Notes under the pieces: model-generated
What the model was told of the DNA's origin: nothing
Database searches by the model: none
The model's input: the letters and a program-made list of their open reading frames with translations, nothing else
Translations under genes and position numbers: made by a program
Assembly: GCF_015706575.1 (NCBI RefSeq)
Contig: NW_024037076.1
Location: forward strand, 22,733,286 to 22,797,285
Length of the DNA: 64,000 bases
Origin: Patiria miniata
Taxonomy: Eukaryota
Direction of reading: 5' to 3'
In this document: positions 47,803 through 61,100 of the stretch, piece after piece
Layout of the letters: each line of letters starts with the position of its first letter
How positions within the stretch are numbered: position 1 is the stretch's first letter

Positions 47803-50800
47803 GTCTGCGTTTGAGGGGAGCTTAGTTGCTAATAACACACATGTCAAAGAAGCTTTTACAGGTATCTCAAAATAAGACAGAGAATTATGGGGAGGAGGTT
47901 ATTCAAAACAGAATCCAATTCACATTGGCTTGTGGGTATTGAGGTTGGTCATTTGTAACAACATGCCAGATGAAGACTGTCTAGACATTAAGCTTGCACT
48001 GAATCCTAGTAACATAGATGGGATAAACACTGTCAGTGTTACTTCCCTGACTGACACTGTTTTGTTTTGGTGCTGGATGTCAGGATGTACATGTAGTCTA
48101 CAAGGTGCCTCGATGTTGTAATGTACTGTATAATTTGTCTTATCTTCAAAACGAGTCCAAAACTGGGTTATCTATGGACGCTCTGGTAAATTTAATCACA
48201 TAAGGGTTATTTTAATGTTGGATGTTCATAATGTAGCAATTGAAAGTCACACATGAGCAGAATTGTTTTCAAGTTCACAACATGGGAGGAGTCTAGGCAG
48301 CATGGAGGAGGGAGGAGTTCACGTCAACGTCCTAGCACTCTCTTGGGCCATGATACTGTCATCCTGAAGCATATGATCGCAGTCAAGGAGGCAATCAAAA
48401 CTGTCGACAAATCACTCCCAGTCCAAACTCTCCATGGTCTCTCGGCAGATCACAGCCCCCCAAGTCCAAGGGTCAACCGTGAAGTAGCGATTAAGACGAC
48501 CCGTAATAACATCCACGACAGTCATGTCCACGTCTAGATTGTCAATCAGTACTTTTAACGATGCATTTATTTGTCCTTTACGCGCTACAGATGATCATTA
48601 GATTGTTGTCTACATGTATACGCAATAAATCCTTTCCGATATGCAAAAAGTGGCTATATTTTATGCGTTTACAACTTCAAGTATGACATGGAGCGCACTG
48701 GATGATATATGTCGGTATTAAAGCAATTTGTGATTGCAATATAGATCAAGCAGGCTAGTGGGCTTGCTACATTGTATGTATTTTTATTGGTATACAATGA
48801 TCAGACAGCTAAATGCATCCTGATTGCAATAAAAATAATACTAGTTGGCTTTTCAATGGCTGCACTTCTATTATTCAATGAGGAAAAAAATGAGACGAAA
48901 AATTGAAAACAAGCTTAAGCAGGTGTATGCTTTGCCTTTGGGGGTCAAGCATACCGTAACAAGCTGAATAACTGAATGACAAATTGTGCTGTTATCAGGA
49001 AAATTGCCATTTACAGGTAGATGACACTCCATTCATTTTCCAACTTCATTTTCTTCTCATGAATAAATAAAAAAGGGGACAAATTGAAACCTGCAAAATG
49101 CATGCCAGAAAAAACAAAAAAATTTTGAATAGACTGCTGTTATAATGAAGGTAAGGGAGACTGACTGTGTGTACATGTAAAAGAGAATTTGAAAATTAAG
49201 TATGGCCACTTTTTTATCAAACAAAATTGTTGTTGGACAGATTTTACTCAGTGATTTTAGGCCTTCATGTTAAGGCAAGTTATTGTTACATGCACACAAT
49301 CTAAATGCATTGGGTGCATTTTAAAGCTGATATACATGTATTGGCATAAAGGTACCGGTACTTTGTCAGATATGCTACACATGTACATGTACACGCAGAC
49401 TGTTCAAATGCATCTGACACAGACAATTTTCGAATGTAAATAAACATACATCTCTGCATACAGTTTACTGCCTGAAAGTACCCTTCCTACCCCCTACGTA
49501 CCATACTCAAATTTGCAAAAGAGCAAAAATTGTTTTTGGCAGAAACATCACATTTACTCATATCAAACAGATACAATGCACAATGGTCACAATTTCTAGT
49601 TTTGACTTTCATGCACTGCAAATATTATCTTCACCTGACCTAGAATCAAGGTCACACAAAGTGATGCATTATGGGTACACTTCGGTAAATACGCAATACA
49701 ATTACCTACCAGTGTGATAGACATTTCATGCCTCAACTTCTTTTTAATAGAATTATGAGAATGGTGCTCTTGAGGGATTATATGAAATGGATAGAAAATC
49801 CTAAACCCGGAACAAAATACACGTACATGTAGCCCACAACAAAGTCCTCTTTAGCTACGCAATAGAAAGATTGCATGCACCTTTTACATGTTTTAGGTAT
49901 TGTGCTTCTTATTAATACAGTTTCAGAGAAACTGTACTGAAATATGAACAATGTTCCTAACACACAGGTACTAGTAGTTCAGCACCATTCTGCTCGACCT
50001 TTCCAAACATCCATAACAAAACAATTATAATCAAAATTAAAATTAAAAAAAACCAGACCAATAGTCATCCTTATTTTAAAGGTAATATGCAATGTTTTTT
50101 TTTTCTTTTAATTTTCAAAAATTCATGGATTTTGGGGGTTAGTATTATTAGTTGGTATTATTTTATAGCAATTTTTGTTACACTGACGTGTTTAAAGTTT
50201 AATGATTAAAGATGCTGCAAAAATCAAAAAAAAAATTGCTGTTCTTGTACATGTGTAGTCTGGTTCCCTTTACTTCTGATGAGACGGAGCATAGACGTCA
50301 GAGAATTGTCAGGTCAGGGAAGCTGACTAGCTGGCTTGCACCCGTTCACGAATGTGTAATCGATTGCAAACAAAATGTGGGCTTACTAAATTTGGTAACT
50401 TGGTGGCAGTATTTGGAAAAAGTCAGTTTTTTCCAACGATACTTGGTTGACCATCATTAGAAATTAATGAAAACAATTCCACTTTTCTTAAAAAATGGCA
50501 GCAAACCTGATGCCACGATTTCACAGGATGCTTGAGACTATTAGTCACTTGTAGTCTAGTAGGTTATTTCATAATAATTTGGTAGTTTTGTCTTTTGATG
50601 TTAGAATTACCTTTAAACTACAATTAGTATTTTGTTTGTCCTACAATGTACCTGGGTGCATACCGGTACCTACATGTACCTGGTTTGTAATCTCTGCAAT
50701 ATTTACCGTTCACTACATGCGCATCATGCATAACAGTATGTTGTCTAACGATACAAACACCTAGGTAATTATAAAAGCCTGGTTTCAGACTCTCCTAACA

Positions 50801-51487
50801 CAGGCCCCACACTAAACAATGTTACAAACTAGCCAGCAACCAGACTCAAGTCAACCAACTAACTACCAAACCATTTTCCTTGCCCAGCCAGAACGCCGAC
50901 ATCTTTGATTTCCTTCAAACCAAGAACGCAGTGACAGGGTGTAATTTAGCGACAGATGCTCGGACCAATAACGTCGTCTTATCCATCCCTCTTTGGTTGC
51001 CGAATGAGTTACATCCATGGAGTAGATTTCTGGCAGTTTCATCGCTCTAACAGTGCCAATGACAACTACTATACTAATGATCCCCAATACACACAATTAC
51101 TGTCTACTTGTTGTGATGTCTGTCACTGTTACATCTGTTGAATACGATGGTTTGTGTGAACGTAGACAGTGGGGTACATTTATGCACAATATGACTGAAT
51201 GAATGCAAGTATGGAGTACTAGGAAAAAGAGACAAACTAAGCAAACATCAACAAATGAAAACAGTCTGTAACATGAAACAAAAAACAACAAACAAAACAA
51301 AAAGGACTATTCTGAGATTTAGCATTCTTTTCCTTTTTGAAAGGTGAATATATTTCTGTCAATATTTTTTAAAAAATGATTAATTAAACTCGGAAGCATG
51401 TCATCATTCGCGACTCATGTACAAGCACAAATAGTAGGAGTAAATCAAACCTCATTTATTCTAGCAGGGTTCCAGTTTAATACTTAC

Positions 51488-51539
51488 CACTGGTGTCTCT
51501 TTTTGCACTTGGTGTAGTCGCCCAATTTACTTTGATATC
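51488..51539 (-). CDS. TIA1: TIA1-like exon encoding the RRM1 C-terminus [17 protein letters not shown](G).
   Basis: The acceptor is tttttcatgcag and the donor is gtaagt. The sequence matches human [20 protein letters not shown]. The trailing G joins GT of the next exon to make a glycine codon. Confidence 0.8.
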
Positions 51540-51729
51540 CTGCATGAAAAAACAACAATAAACAAAAATAGTAGTTAAAGTACAAAAATCCAAAAGCAAC
51601 AGTAGTTGCAAACATCATAAAAATATCAATGATAACAAAACTTTATAGACAGGAATCAGCCATGTTATTGTGGAAGTACGGTAGTGTTCACCATGTCCAG
51701 TAAGCAATGAGAAATAAACCTTTGGTTGT

Positions 51730-51800
51730 CTGAGGCAGGACTCGAACCCATAACCTACTGTCTACAAATGCAGACATCGGAACCCTTCCTCATCAACTCA
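51730..51800 (-). mobile_element. tRNA-derived SINE head of the same family as the element at 10425-10497, lying in a TIA1-like intron (B-box GGGTTCGAGTCC).
   Basis: The sequence is similar to the other tRNA-like copy (atctgca..gcag.aggt..tgggtt.gagtcc). It is not a foldable canonical tRNA. Confidence 0.4.
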
Positions 51801-52724
51801 AACTGGATGTACACTGTAGCCACATTTCGTTGGAATTTCAAATAGTTGGCACAGCTTTGAAAGATGTGGTAAAATAGACATTGTACAAGAACATTTTCAC
51901 TAACCATTTTGAAACAAGATCCAATAGTTTGTGGGATCCTGTAGGTTTGAGGACGATATATCTCTTGTCCATTATTGGATTGGTTGCATTCAAGAGTGAC
52001 ATATTGGTGAACATTTGTTGGTTAAACGTTTGAGGCTTTTTTCTCAACTTGTACATGCTATGCATTGTACTACTTCGCTGATTGGATACAATAAATATTA
52101 CCGTATGGCACGTGCAAACTTCTTTCATTTAATTGTACAGACCATTATAATAATTTTTGAAAGGAGACACTGTGTATGTATGTTGAGTTATTGTCTTTAT
52201 CCATGAATGATTTATAGAAATGGTTTACTTCAGGCTGTAATGTATTAATTACTGGATGTTGCTGGTATGTGGAAATTCCCTTTGCTGTTCATTAAATGCT
52301 GGTACGTGAACAGCTTTATGCATGTAGACCATCAATGATTGCTTTCCTATGCTACCATACCAGCACACTCTAAATAAAACTAAACCCTAAAAGATAATGA
52401 CCATAATCATCATCTGCTTATCATAAAATAGTCTGCGGTAGATTAACAGGTGCGCTGTAGTGCAACGTGGCATTTCACATTACCATATATGACAACAGGT
52501 TGTTTTTGAGATAAATTGAAACCGAGCCGGACCCAAAATGACTGCAGCCACAGCTGTTTCAACGATAACCATTCCCAACACAAACTCATACAACTCAGTT
52601 TTTTTTTCCCCTTCTTTTTAAATCTATAACCAATATTGCTAGAATCTACACAGACCTCCACACTCTAAACAGTTAGGGTTTAGCTAGAGGCTTGACAGAC
52701 GTTAAGCTTGAGGGGGCTTTTTAC

Positions 52725-52753
52725 ACGAGTGCACCCACAAAGAGCTTTTTCAT
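52725..52753 (-). CDS. TIA1: Tentative first coding exon of the TIA1-like gene. It starts at the ATG at 52751-52753 and encodes MKKLFVGAL(V), matching the RRM1 RNP2 motif KTLYVGNLS. The donor is gtaaaa or gtgtaa.
   Basis: The motif resembles the human TIA1 N-terminus MEDEMPKTLYVGNLS. A CpG-rich putative promoter lies immediately upstream at 52850-53050. The donor is weak and the following exons were not located. Confidence 0.35.
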
Positions 52754-55700
52754 GTAAACGGCAGATGAATAAGTCTCCCCGCCATTTATTTTACCAGAGG
52801 ATATCCAACACAAGCTAATGATTTTTTCTGCAGCTCCCTCGAGGATCAGAGAGCGAGCCCGGGAATCGTGGACCGTATGGCCCCGCAACGCAACAGCGCT
52901 CAAAGGGTCTTCTTAAACCCTCATCAAATTTCAAAGGCGTTCATTGGTAGTTCAGCTTGCGGAAGCGGCACCGTGTCTGATGTTGAAGCCTTAGGAGTCA
53001 CTAGGGAATCAGTCAAGTGCTGGCTGTAGTTCCAAAGAGCTCCTAAATATTGCCGCTCGTATCGTCTTTTGTTTAGAAAAGGAAAAAAGCATTGATGAGA
53101 GGCCTAAATTTACCTGTACACCCTCATCTTTCCACAATCCAAAACAGCAAACTATTAATGTCTAATATTAGAAATAAATCCTGTAGCAAGAGCTATTATA
53201 GTTGATACTACCGCCAACAACCGAGTAACATAATAACACTCAGGTGTAAACTTGTACAAAATTTCAAATAACACAATATTACGTTTCGGTAGTAATCCAA
53301 ACATACTTGGAAGTCAAACAATCCAATGATACCCGCGACGGATAACATCAATCATCTAGTGGCTACGTTTATCTATTATTCTTAAGGATATTGTTTAGTT
53401 CCAGTAGACTCATACCAGTATGCTTTCCTGCGCATCAGGTCGCATCAGGTATGCCACAGTCTGTGTGACCTTGTCTTAACGTAGCATTATCTGTACTTGT
53501 TTTCTACTGCAGTCAATTTGTACGAGTTCCACCGTCGGAACACGGACTGCCTCCATTCCATGACAGATAACGACATTCATGTAGCAAAGACCTTGGCACA
53601 ACCTCAAACAGTAATGCAATGTTTGTGCTATCCATGTACATGTACAACTATGCTTCACGTACAGTATACATACATGTACACCAGTAGCGCACCATTCTAT
53701 TCAACACATTTCAATAACATAATCCAATTTGGAACAATTCTCAAAAGGAATGCACGCTTGAGATTACAGTTTGCAACATCAAAGAATTCAACTTTAAATT
53801 GGGATAGAGAATAATGACAATAATTGCATGTAAATTTGCAATAGGAATACGCATAAGTGTACATGTGCATGTAGCTCACAAATCTGTATGAATGTTGAAA
53901 CTTTCTGGAAAGAATTCGAAACAGGAAGGATGCTACATGTAAAATGGTTTCACTTGACCCACTTATAAGCCTGGTATCAATGATTCAACACGGCTGTTGA
54001 ATAAGGTAAAACCACTCAAACCATGGCTATTTTCTTGCCAGCAAGATATTAACTTTCATTCAGAGTACGCTTTCTCAAGGACCAATATCTTTAAATATCC
54101 ACGCCAAACCATGGGGGAAATAAATGAGCAAATTTTGACCGTGCAGTATCAGCGTTACATATCCCTAGTGCTGCATTTTGCAATGGTTTATCATTGCATT
54201 TGTGTTGATTGTTGGATGGTTGCGATGACCTGCAAAGTTTGGTGCTTACTCCCGTGAGACAAATGTTCACATTAAGATGACCAGGACATCCATCTAACCA
54301 TTGTGACTGGCAATTCACGAGTCTTGCCGAGTTTCCAGATTTATCCACTTGATTCCTATCATTCTCATTTTTCTGACGGACAATGGAGATTGGATCACTT
54401 TCTACAAACATCCACTATAAATAAGTATACAAAAATAGAAGTACAAATATGTTTATACATATATTATCTTGTGATCAAAGCAAAAGTATATCGCTACAGA
54501 AATAAAAGATTTGGAAATAAAAGTACGTGTATAAGCATATGCAGGCACGTTTTGAAGAGTATAAACTGGAAAAGTAACAAAAAAGTGAAAAGCAAAAAGG
54601 GAAACACCATAAAGGGAGAAGTATTAGTTATTTGCCTAAAAAAAAAACACTTAAATATCAAAATTGTATAATTTAACTTTTTTTTTAAATCCAGGCAGGC
54701 GAAACATCACCCTGAGTCTCCATATCAATTTCTGAAGTAAATTGCAAAAAGTCGAATGATAATTTGGGAAATGGATCCACGCTATGAATCATGTGACCAA
54801 TTTACGTCTGCTCATATTTCGTGTAATTTTACCGTTATGAAATTATATGCACAGAAGCCAGACATAATGGACAAACCATCTGGTTCATAAATAATGCCAG
54901 AAATGTAAAAGAAACTCATATCATGCCATCTACAAGAATTGACTTACACCCTGTGATAGCTTTCATGTTTTTGACTTACATTATCCCACTTTTTATTTCA
55001 CTTTTATTAAGTGATTTTGAAGCCCGACCTTAATTTCATCTTTGTGTTTTTTTGCAATTTTGCTTTTCAAGAAAAAATTCTAAAAAGAAACCACGTACAG
55101 TCGTATTTATCTGCAACACTAAAATTCAAGTATTTATTTTCCAAGACCTTAAATTCAATTTTTTTTTTAATGATCACAACCACTTCCATTGTATTTCAGC
55201 AAAACCACTGAAGTTGTGCCAACTTGAATTTTACTCATGATTGATATACACATGTATGTCCCATTTCCCTCAATAATAATCATTTGTTGAATCTTTTCTG
55301 TTTCAAAAAAATCTCACTTTATACAGCAGGTTTTTCATTAACTTTTTGCAATGAGAAAACCTTTCTTTGTCACCATACCTGAGGATTTTCTACGACACTA
55401 CAGAAAGCATTTACAAGCTACCAGCAACAATTCACTCTCATTCCCTTTTCTCTTGTCATCCATTATTCCTTTTAAATTGGTAGGAGAAAAATGCAGGTTG
55501 TATTACCCGTACAATGGGTGAAAATAAATTAGACTGTACGTTTCTAGTGGGGTGATTTTTTGTTTTTCAATCTAATTTTAGACAATGACCAGAAAGAATG
55601 GGTGAAAATTGATTGACGCAGATCTAGCAATACAAGGTTATAATGCTCTGTAAGCTCATTGCATAAAATGTGTGAATCCAAATGGTTTACATTGTATCTA

Positions 55701-57749
55701 CCCATTATTTCTATTAGTGTAAAACTGAATAGGATTTCTGGATGAGTGGACAAATTGTAACAATTTAATAATGGGCATCTTTTAAGGGAAAACCCATATT
55801 GATTCTTCTAAACTCTTTTGCTGTGCAAGAACCCAATGTTTAACGTTCTGTACTTCAGATTTTCAAGAGGCATGTAACAGCTGCTTGGTATGTTTCTCAA
55901 TTCGGAACAAAAAATCAGAAAGATTCCTTGGATTTGGGAGAATATGGTTTAACACAGAAACATAAAAGTACAGTGACACTTGCCACTGGGTGCCTAGTAT
56001 AATACAGGACCAATTTGTTCTTATTGGACAGTCTGGTAAAAACAATTTCTCAATTAAGATCAATGACTGCCACCTGTAGTATCATTAAATTGGTAAAAGT
56101 ACAGGCAACAGAATGTCTAAACACCACGCTGATCAACACTCATCACAATTATGCTAATTATAATAGGCTCCAAATTACTCCAAATTGTAACCAACTGCCG
56201 ACCATGCCAGACAGACGTAATTACTTTTGCAGAAAAAAATTATACGCAATAAGGTTCACATGCTTTTCCATTAGTGGACAAATTTATTCCCCAACTTAAC
56301 CGAATCAAGCAGAATAAATGCCCACTAAGAGTTTTTTTTTATGAGAAAGATGGTAATGGTATATCATTCTTCAGAATGAGGAGTTTTTACTGCTTCACTT
56401 AACGAAAATTTAGTCAAGGAAGAATTGGTCGGCATACCTGTGTACTTGTGCCGTGTTCCCCTCTTGCTTTTTGTCGTAATTAGTGCACGGATTAATGCAC
56501 TGAATGAACTGCTAGATAGCCCAGGCGAGCATCAACAGAGAGTGTACGGTAATGTAAGATGCCTAGCACTGGGTTCATATTAGTTGATCGTACTAGGTGA
56601 TCGTACTTTGGATGGGATGATTATAGGCCACATTAAAGACCAACAGCTTGCTCATTCATCATGCAACTAGTCGTTTCCATGCCTCACTTTGCATTAAGTT
56701 TCCTCTTAATGTCCAAACATCAATCCTACAAAGACACTGCCGGAAAAAGATGACATATGAACTCGGTTGCTGTCATCTTTCTTTTACGTTATCCACAATC
56801 CCATGGTCTTAGCCTTAACCCTTCTACCTGCCTGCCTAAGTGGCCAAGAAAGAGTACACACTCACAGAAAAAAAGGAGTTAAAAGACTTGGAGGAAAACT
56901 CAACAAGACTGGGCTTGCCCAGTCAGGCTGGACCAGGAAGTCTCAATTAACTAACTCAGTCAGTCGCGGAGTCGGGGAGTCAGTCAGTGACTTAGTCTTC
57001 AAAAGAACAGCAGGCTTGCCCGTTGGGTCTAGCAAAAAGTAAAGAAATTCAGACATCGTCAAGGGACAGAAAAGGACAAAAAGAAAATTAAAAAACTCAA
57101 AGATTGGAGAAATTCAGACATGTATGCTTTGATCAAAACATGTCAGTAAAATCCAGATGAGATCTTATTGCTTCTCGGATTAATCAACCAGTAATAAGAA
57201 GTGACTGCATGATGCATCCTGTTCCTTCTTTGTTCATTCTTATATTCATTCATTCTTTGGATTCATTCTTAGATTGTACCGATACATAACATGTCTTTCT
57301 TCTGAGGGCTTTCTCCCTACCTATTTTTATCAAGGACGGTTGAAGATCGGAGAAAATGGATTTGGGGCAAAGGTAATGACAATAAAGAAGGGATTGTGAA
57401 GATGTAAAGGATGATGTCTGTGCATCAAAGAAGCCAAACAAAGTCAGATGGAAATTGAACAGTCTAATGAATATCTACCAATTAAAATAGAAAAGTAAGA
57501 TCGCTAAGGAACCTACATAACACGGCCTTTGAAGTTTTCTAGGTCACATTTTCTCATACTTCGCTGAATCTAAAGATCGGCTCCAATGTTCCAGCGAGCC
57601 ATTTGAACCACAAAAGGTCCATGCTATATACGTCTTTGAAAATGATAAAAAGTCATAATTTAGTAACCGTCGCCCTAAACAATGCTCTGCAGAGACCTTT
57701 TTGTTGGCACACATCCGATGCCAATTTACACTCTTAAATCACTCTTAAT

Positions 57750-58110
57750 CACAGGGATTCAGAATTAATAGAATTTTCGGTCTCAGGAAATGCGGTATCA
57801 ATCTCTATCAGCAGGAGGGTATGCCAGGCTACTGACTACAATACGGACTACCGGCTAAAAGGCAGATCAGTATAGCGTGTATTACAAGGGGTACAATCGA
57901 GCATAATAAGACATCCAGTTTCATTAGCCGGTACCCTGTCAGGATGGTTGAAGCGGTCGGTTTTACTTGATCGTCGGTCGGGCTCCGAGGCAATAAGGAA
58001 CTGGGATATTACGGCAATGCTTGATTGATGACGGTATACGGAGACTACACCTCAATATTACCTACGCTATTGCCGCTGCTTTTGCCAGCATGGCCAGCGA
58101 GTGTTTACTA
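57750..58110. other. CpG-rich segment with GC of about 50 percent and no CpG depletion, in otherwise AT-rich DNA. It contains an inverted repeat ccggctaa/ttagccgg.
   Basis: The segment has many CG dinucleotides (tacggactaccggctaaaagg..gcggtcggttttacttgatcgtcggtcgggctccgagg..). No ORF of 60 aa or more lies within it. Confidence 0.4.
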
Positions 58111-61100
58111 TAATACTGCATGTATATGTAAATTGCAGGCCTTTTCTTCAGACATTCAATTTTCGCAGTCCATGAGGTGACGAGATCGGAGCTTGAAATA
58201 ACAATGGTAGCAGCAGTGCTAATAAGAGTCTGATAAAGCCATCCACGTGAAACGTTTCTAATACAAATAAACTCCAGTTACTTCAATATCATTTCCATCT
58301 CCAAAAGTGCTTTTAACAAATAATTTCTTATGTTTTTCTTCAATATAATCATTCCTTTGATTATTCATTCCTTTTGATTCCTTTTTATAACTAATCCTAA
58401 CTTTATTTCAGTCAACAAAAAAATTTCCCCAGGAAGCATTGTAAAGATAAATGTGAAATGATCAATTCATTCTGCTAAAGCATTCGTTATATCAACCTCA
58501 ATAACATTTTAACACAAAGACTCTGTCATCAATAAAAGCCACTGCTCGCAAGGCAAATTTACCCAAAGTGCAGAGGGATTTTCCAAGGCTTTGATGCCAG
58601 CATGAACCGCCCAGCTTCTGATAATTTTTGTCCAAAGAAATTTTCACAGGAAATTATACGGTGCCTTTGAAAGGCAGTTAGAAGGTGAGCAAACATCTAG
58701 CCAAAGTGGCTTACGCATGCCATGCCCGCAAGGCTCCAAAAGTGGACAATTGAATCTAGACATCAAACGGCAGTCGAGTGGAAAAAGAAGAGATAGCACA
58801 TAAAAAACAGTCGAAGGTTGACTGCCGTTTGCTGAGGGGAATAAACGCTGAAAGGAACCTTAGACTGAATCCGAAGGCCATGTAGTTCACTCTAAAAACA
58901 AAAAAGGAGGTCTCTGACCAATAAATGAATTATGCCGAATCGAAGAGTTTCCTTGCCTAGTGCCTAGCTTTCCTGGCTTTTGATTGTGCAGGTGCATTTG
59001 TCCAAACTGCATCAAGTTAAAAAAATATTAAGGATTGATTGGGCATCCGGTGAAGTAGCAACAGAATGCTTAGGATTGAACATTGATATCTAAACATAGG
59101 CTTGAGATGTTTATACCGGTACATAGATGCCATCTTGCTGCTTTTAAGGTCGCTGCAGACTTCAAAGAAATACATGTACATGTACACTGTACATGTTCTC
59201 CAAACATTTTATTGTACAAATTTGACTAGACGGGGATTTGTTCTGGTTTCTGGAAATCAGATTTGCAACAGACTGATACTCTTCACGGCACACACTTCCA
59301 AGACACTTCACACAGACGTGAGTCACCTGCCTAACAATATTAAGACCTAAGTCCTACATGTGTAACTCTATTCAGTTCTGTGTACTGTGTTCTCTCATGT
59401 CAAACAGACTGTATTTAACCTTAAGACAGGCACTTGCAAAGTACTAAGCATGAGTTTTATTATACGCCTTCATTATTAAACCCACTATACCCTCAGTGTA
59501 CGCAGTTTGATCCTTCACACTGTATAGCCAAGCATGAACGGCCTTCCCTACCATCAAATAAGTAATTATTTAAGACGTATCAACCAAACGGACAGGAAAT
59601 ATCCGCAAAGACAATAACGGAAGTTCTTGGGATGTAATCAAGTTGCCTCCATGACGAGAGATTTCTCTAATCATATAGACATGCCTCATCAGTTGACCGT
59701 GACCATTCTAGCTTCTCAGACCCGCTTCGTGTTTACCAATAATTCCCTGCCTTGGCCAACTGTGCTCCCCAGGGAACACGTTTGCCTGCATGGAACATGA
59801 ATCATTCCTGCTACGTTGACTAGCATGCCTCTCTCTCTAGATCACAAGACTGGGTGTTAAGGGTTGACCTACTCGGACCATCTTGTCTCCGCAGACCACC
59901 TGTCAAATATAACCAGGCATCGATGCTCGCAATAAAATCAAGAATATCTACAAGTAGCTGCAAATTAGACAATCTGTTATTCAAGGTTTCGTACGTATGC
60001 ATCAACTGCACAACAACGTCTGAAAAAAATTGTCAGATACAAACTAGTAATACTAATAATACTAGTAATACTAAAAATAGCAAAAAATGAAAGGTGTTGA
60101 GTGGGAAATTTCTTTTGGGGAAAAAAATTGATAAACAGGGTCAGACGTATGAAATGCGTATCCGTAGGTGATTTATGCAATATCTCCTTTGGGATTTTAA
60201 GACTAGCAACATCATCTATATGTACAGCATTACTTCACTATACTGTGTACAAAATTACTTTCCTCCAATAACCTGAAAACTCTAGAACAAAAAGAGTGGA
60301 TATAAGAAGGTCTTTCAGTACCGGCAAGCACCTTCATGTTCCTCCGTCCCTTGACTATACCCTCACAGCTTCACCAATAACACCAAACCATGTCCAACTC
60401 TCTACGATTTTCAATCATTCCTCCCAATGGGTTGAGATTACCCCATAGCCTACATGCATGACTTCTCCTTTAATGAATATATACATGGAGTCCCCTCATC
60501 GCATCATTCCTTATTATTGTTATCATTGGGAGGAGAAGGGAAGTGAGGTGATAGAAGGTTGGATGGCAGACTTGCGGACTTAGCGCCCTCCTCATCATCC
60601 AATTCTCCTGCATGTTTATCCTGAGAGTCTCTGGGGAAATATCCCCTGATGTTGCCGGACGGTTTACACGATTTGGAAGCTTGCTGATAAACGTCTTGAG
60701 TGAAACTCACTCACAGAGCTGCTTCTCAAGCTTTTCCTAATCTGCATCATGTCATCACCATTTGTGCACTCAATCCACCTTTTTCACACAGCTTCTTAGC
60801 AAGTTAAAGGGCAACTCTAATGATGTGATGATTTTTTACACCCAAACTCAACAACTTCCTCCAGTAGACCACTGTGGGGACAAAAGCACCTGACCAATTC
60901 TAACAAGCACCAACAGTTACCTTCTTATTCGAGTGTAAGAAATAAGAAATATGTGCATCTTCATGAACACTCTTGTTGCTGAATCGAGACGAGATCAAAC
61001 CCCAAAAAATCCTGGAGATTTTCAAGTTTGATATGAGCAGTTAAAAAGACATTTGGGTTGTTGAGTTTTTTTTATAATCTGGCTAACTTAGGAATTCGAC

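Larger units (their letters stand above)
20072..52753 (-). other. TIA1: Approximate gene span of a TIA1/TIAL1-family RNA-binding protein gene with three RRMs and a Q/Y-rich C-terminus. Ten exons were located; internal RRM1 exons were not found.
   Basis: Two RNP1 motifs are present (KGYGFVSF and KGYAFIRF), together with the RNP2 motif HIFVGDL and the KVNWAT motif. The C-terminus ends ...GFPTQ* (human ...GYETQ*). The reading phase is continuous across all located exons. Confidence 0.8.

Noticed and set aside
51838-52128. The 96-aa minus-strand ORF (..QTFNQQMFTNMSLLNATNPIMDKRYIVLKPTG..) as TIA1 RRM1.
   Set aside because: It has some resemblance to the QLFSQIG and KMIMD segments but no RNP1 or RNP2 motif and no consistent splice phase. 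It is probably an AT-rich intronic ORF.
52470-52600. Candidate TIA1 RRM1 exon LYEFVLGMVIVETAVAAVILGPARFQFISKTTCCHI with an actgag acceptor and a gtaatg donor.
   Set aside because: It resembles RRM1 helix 2 only weakly. It ends in phase 2, which is incompatible with the phase-0 start of the KVNWAT exon at 51539, and it lacks an RNP1 motif.
58766-58838. A 12-bp inverted repeat (caaacggcagtc/gactgccgtttg) as a miRNA-like hairpin.
   Set aside because: The stem is short and the loop is about 30 nt. There are no supporting features, and it is likely a chance palindrome.
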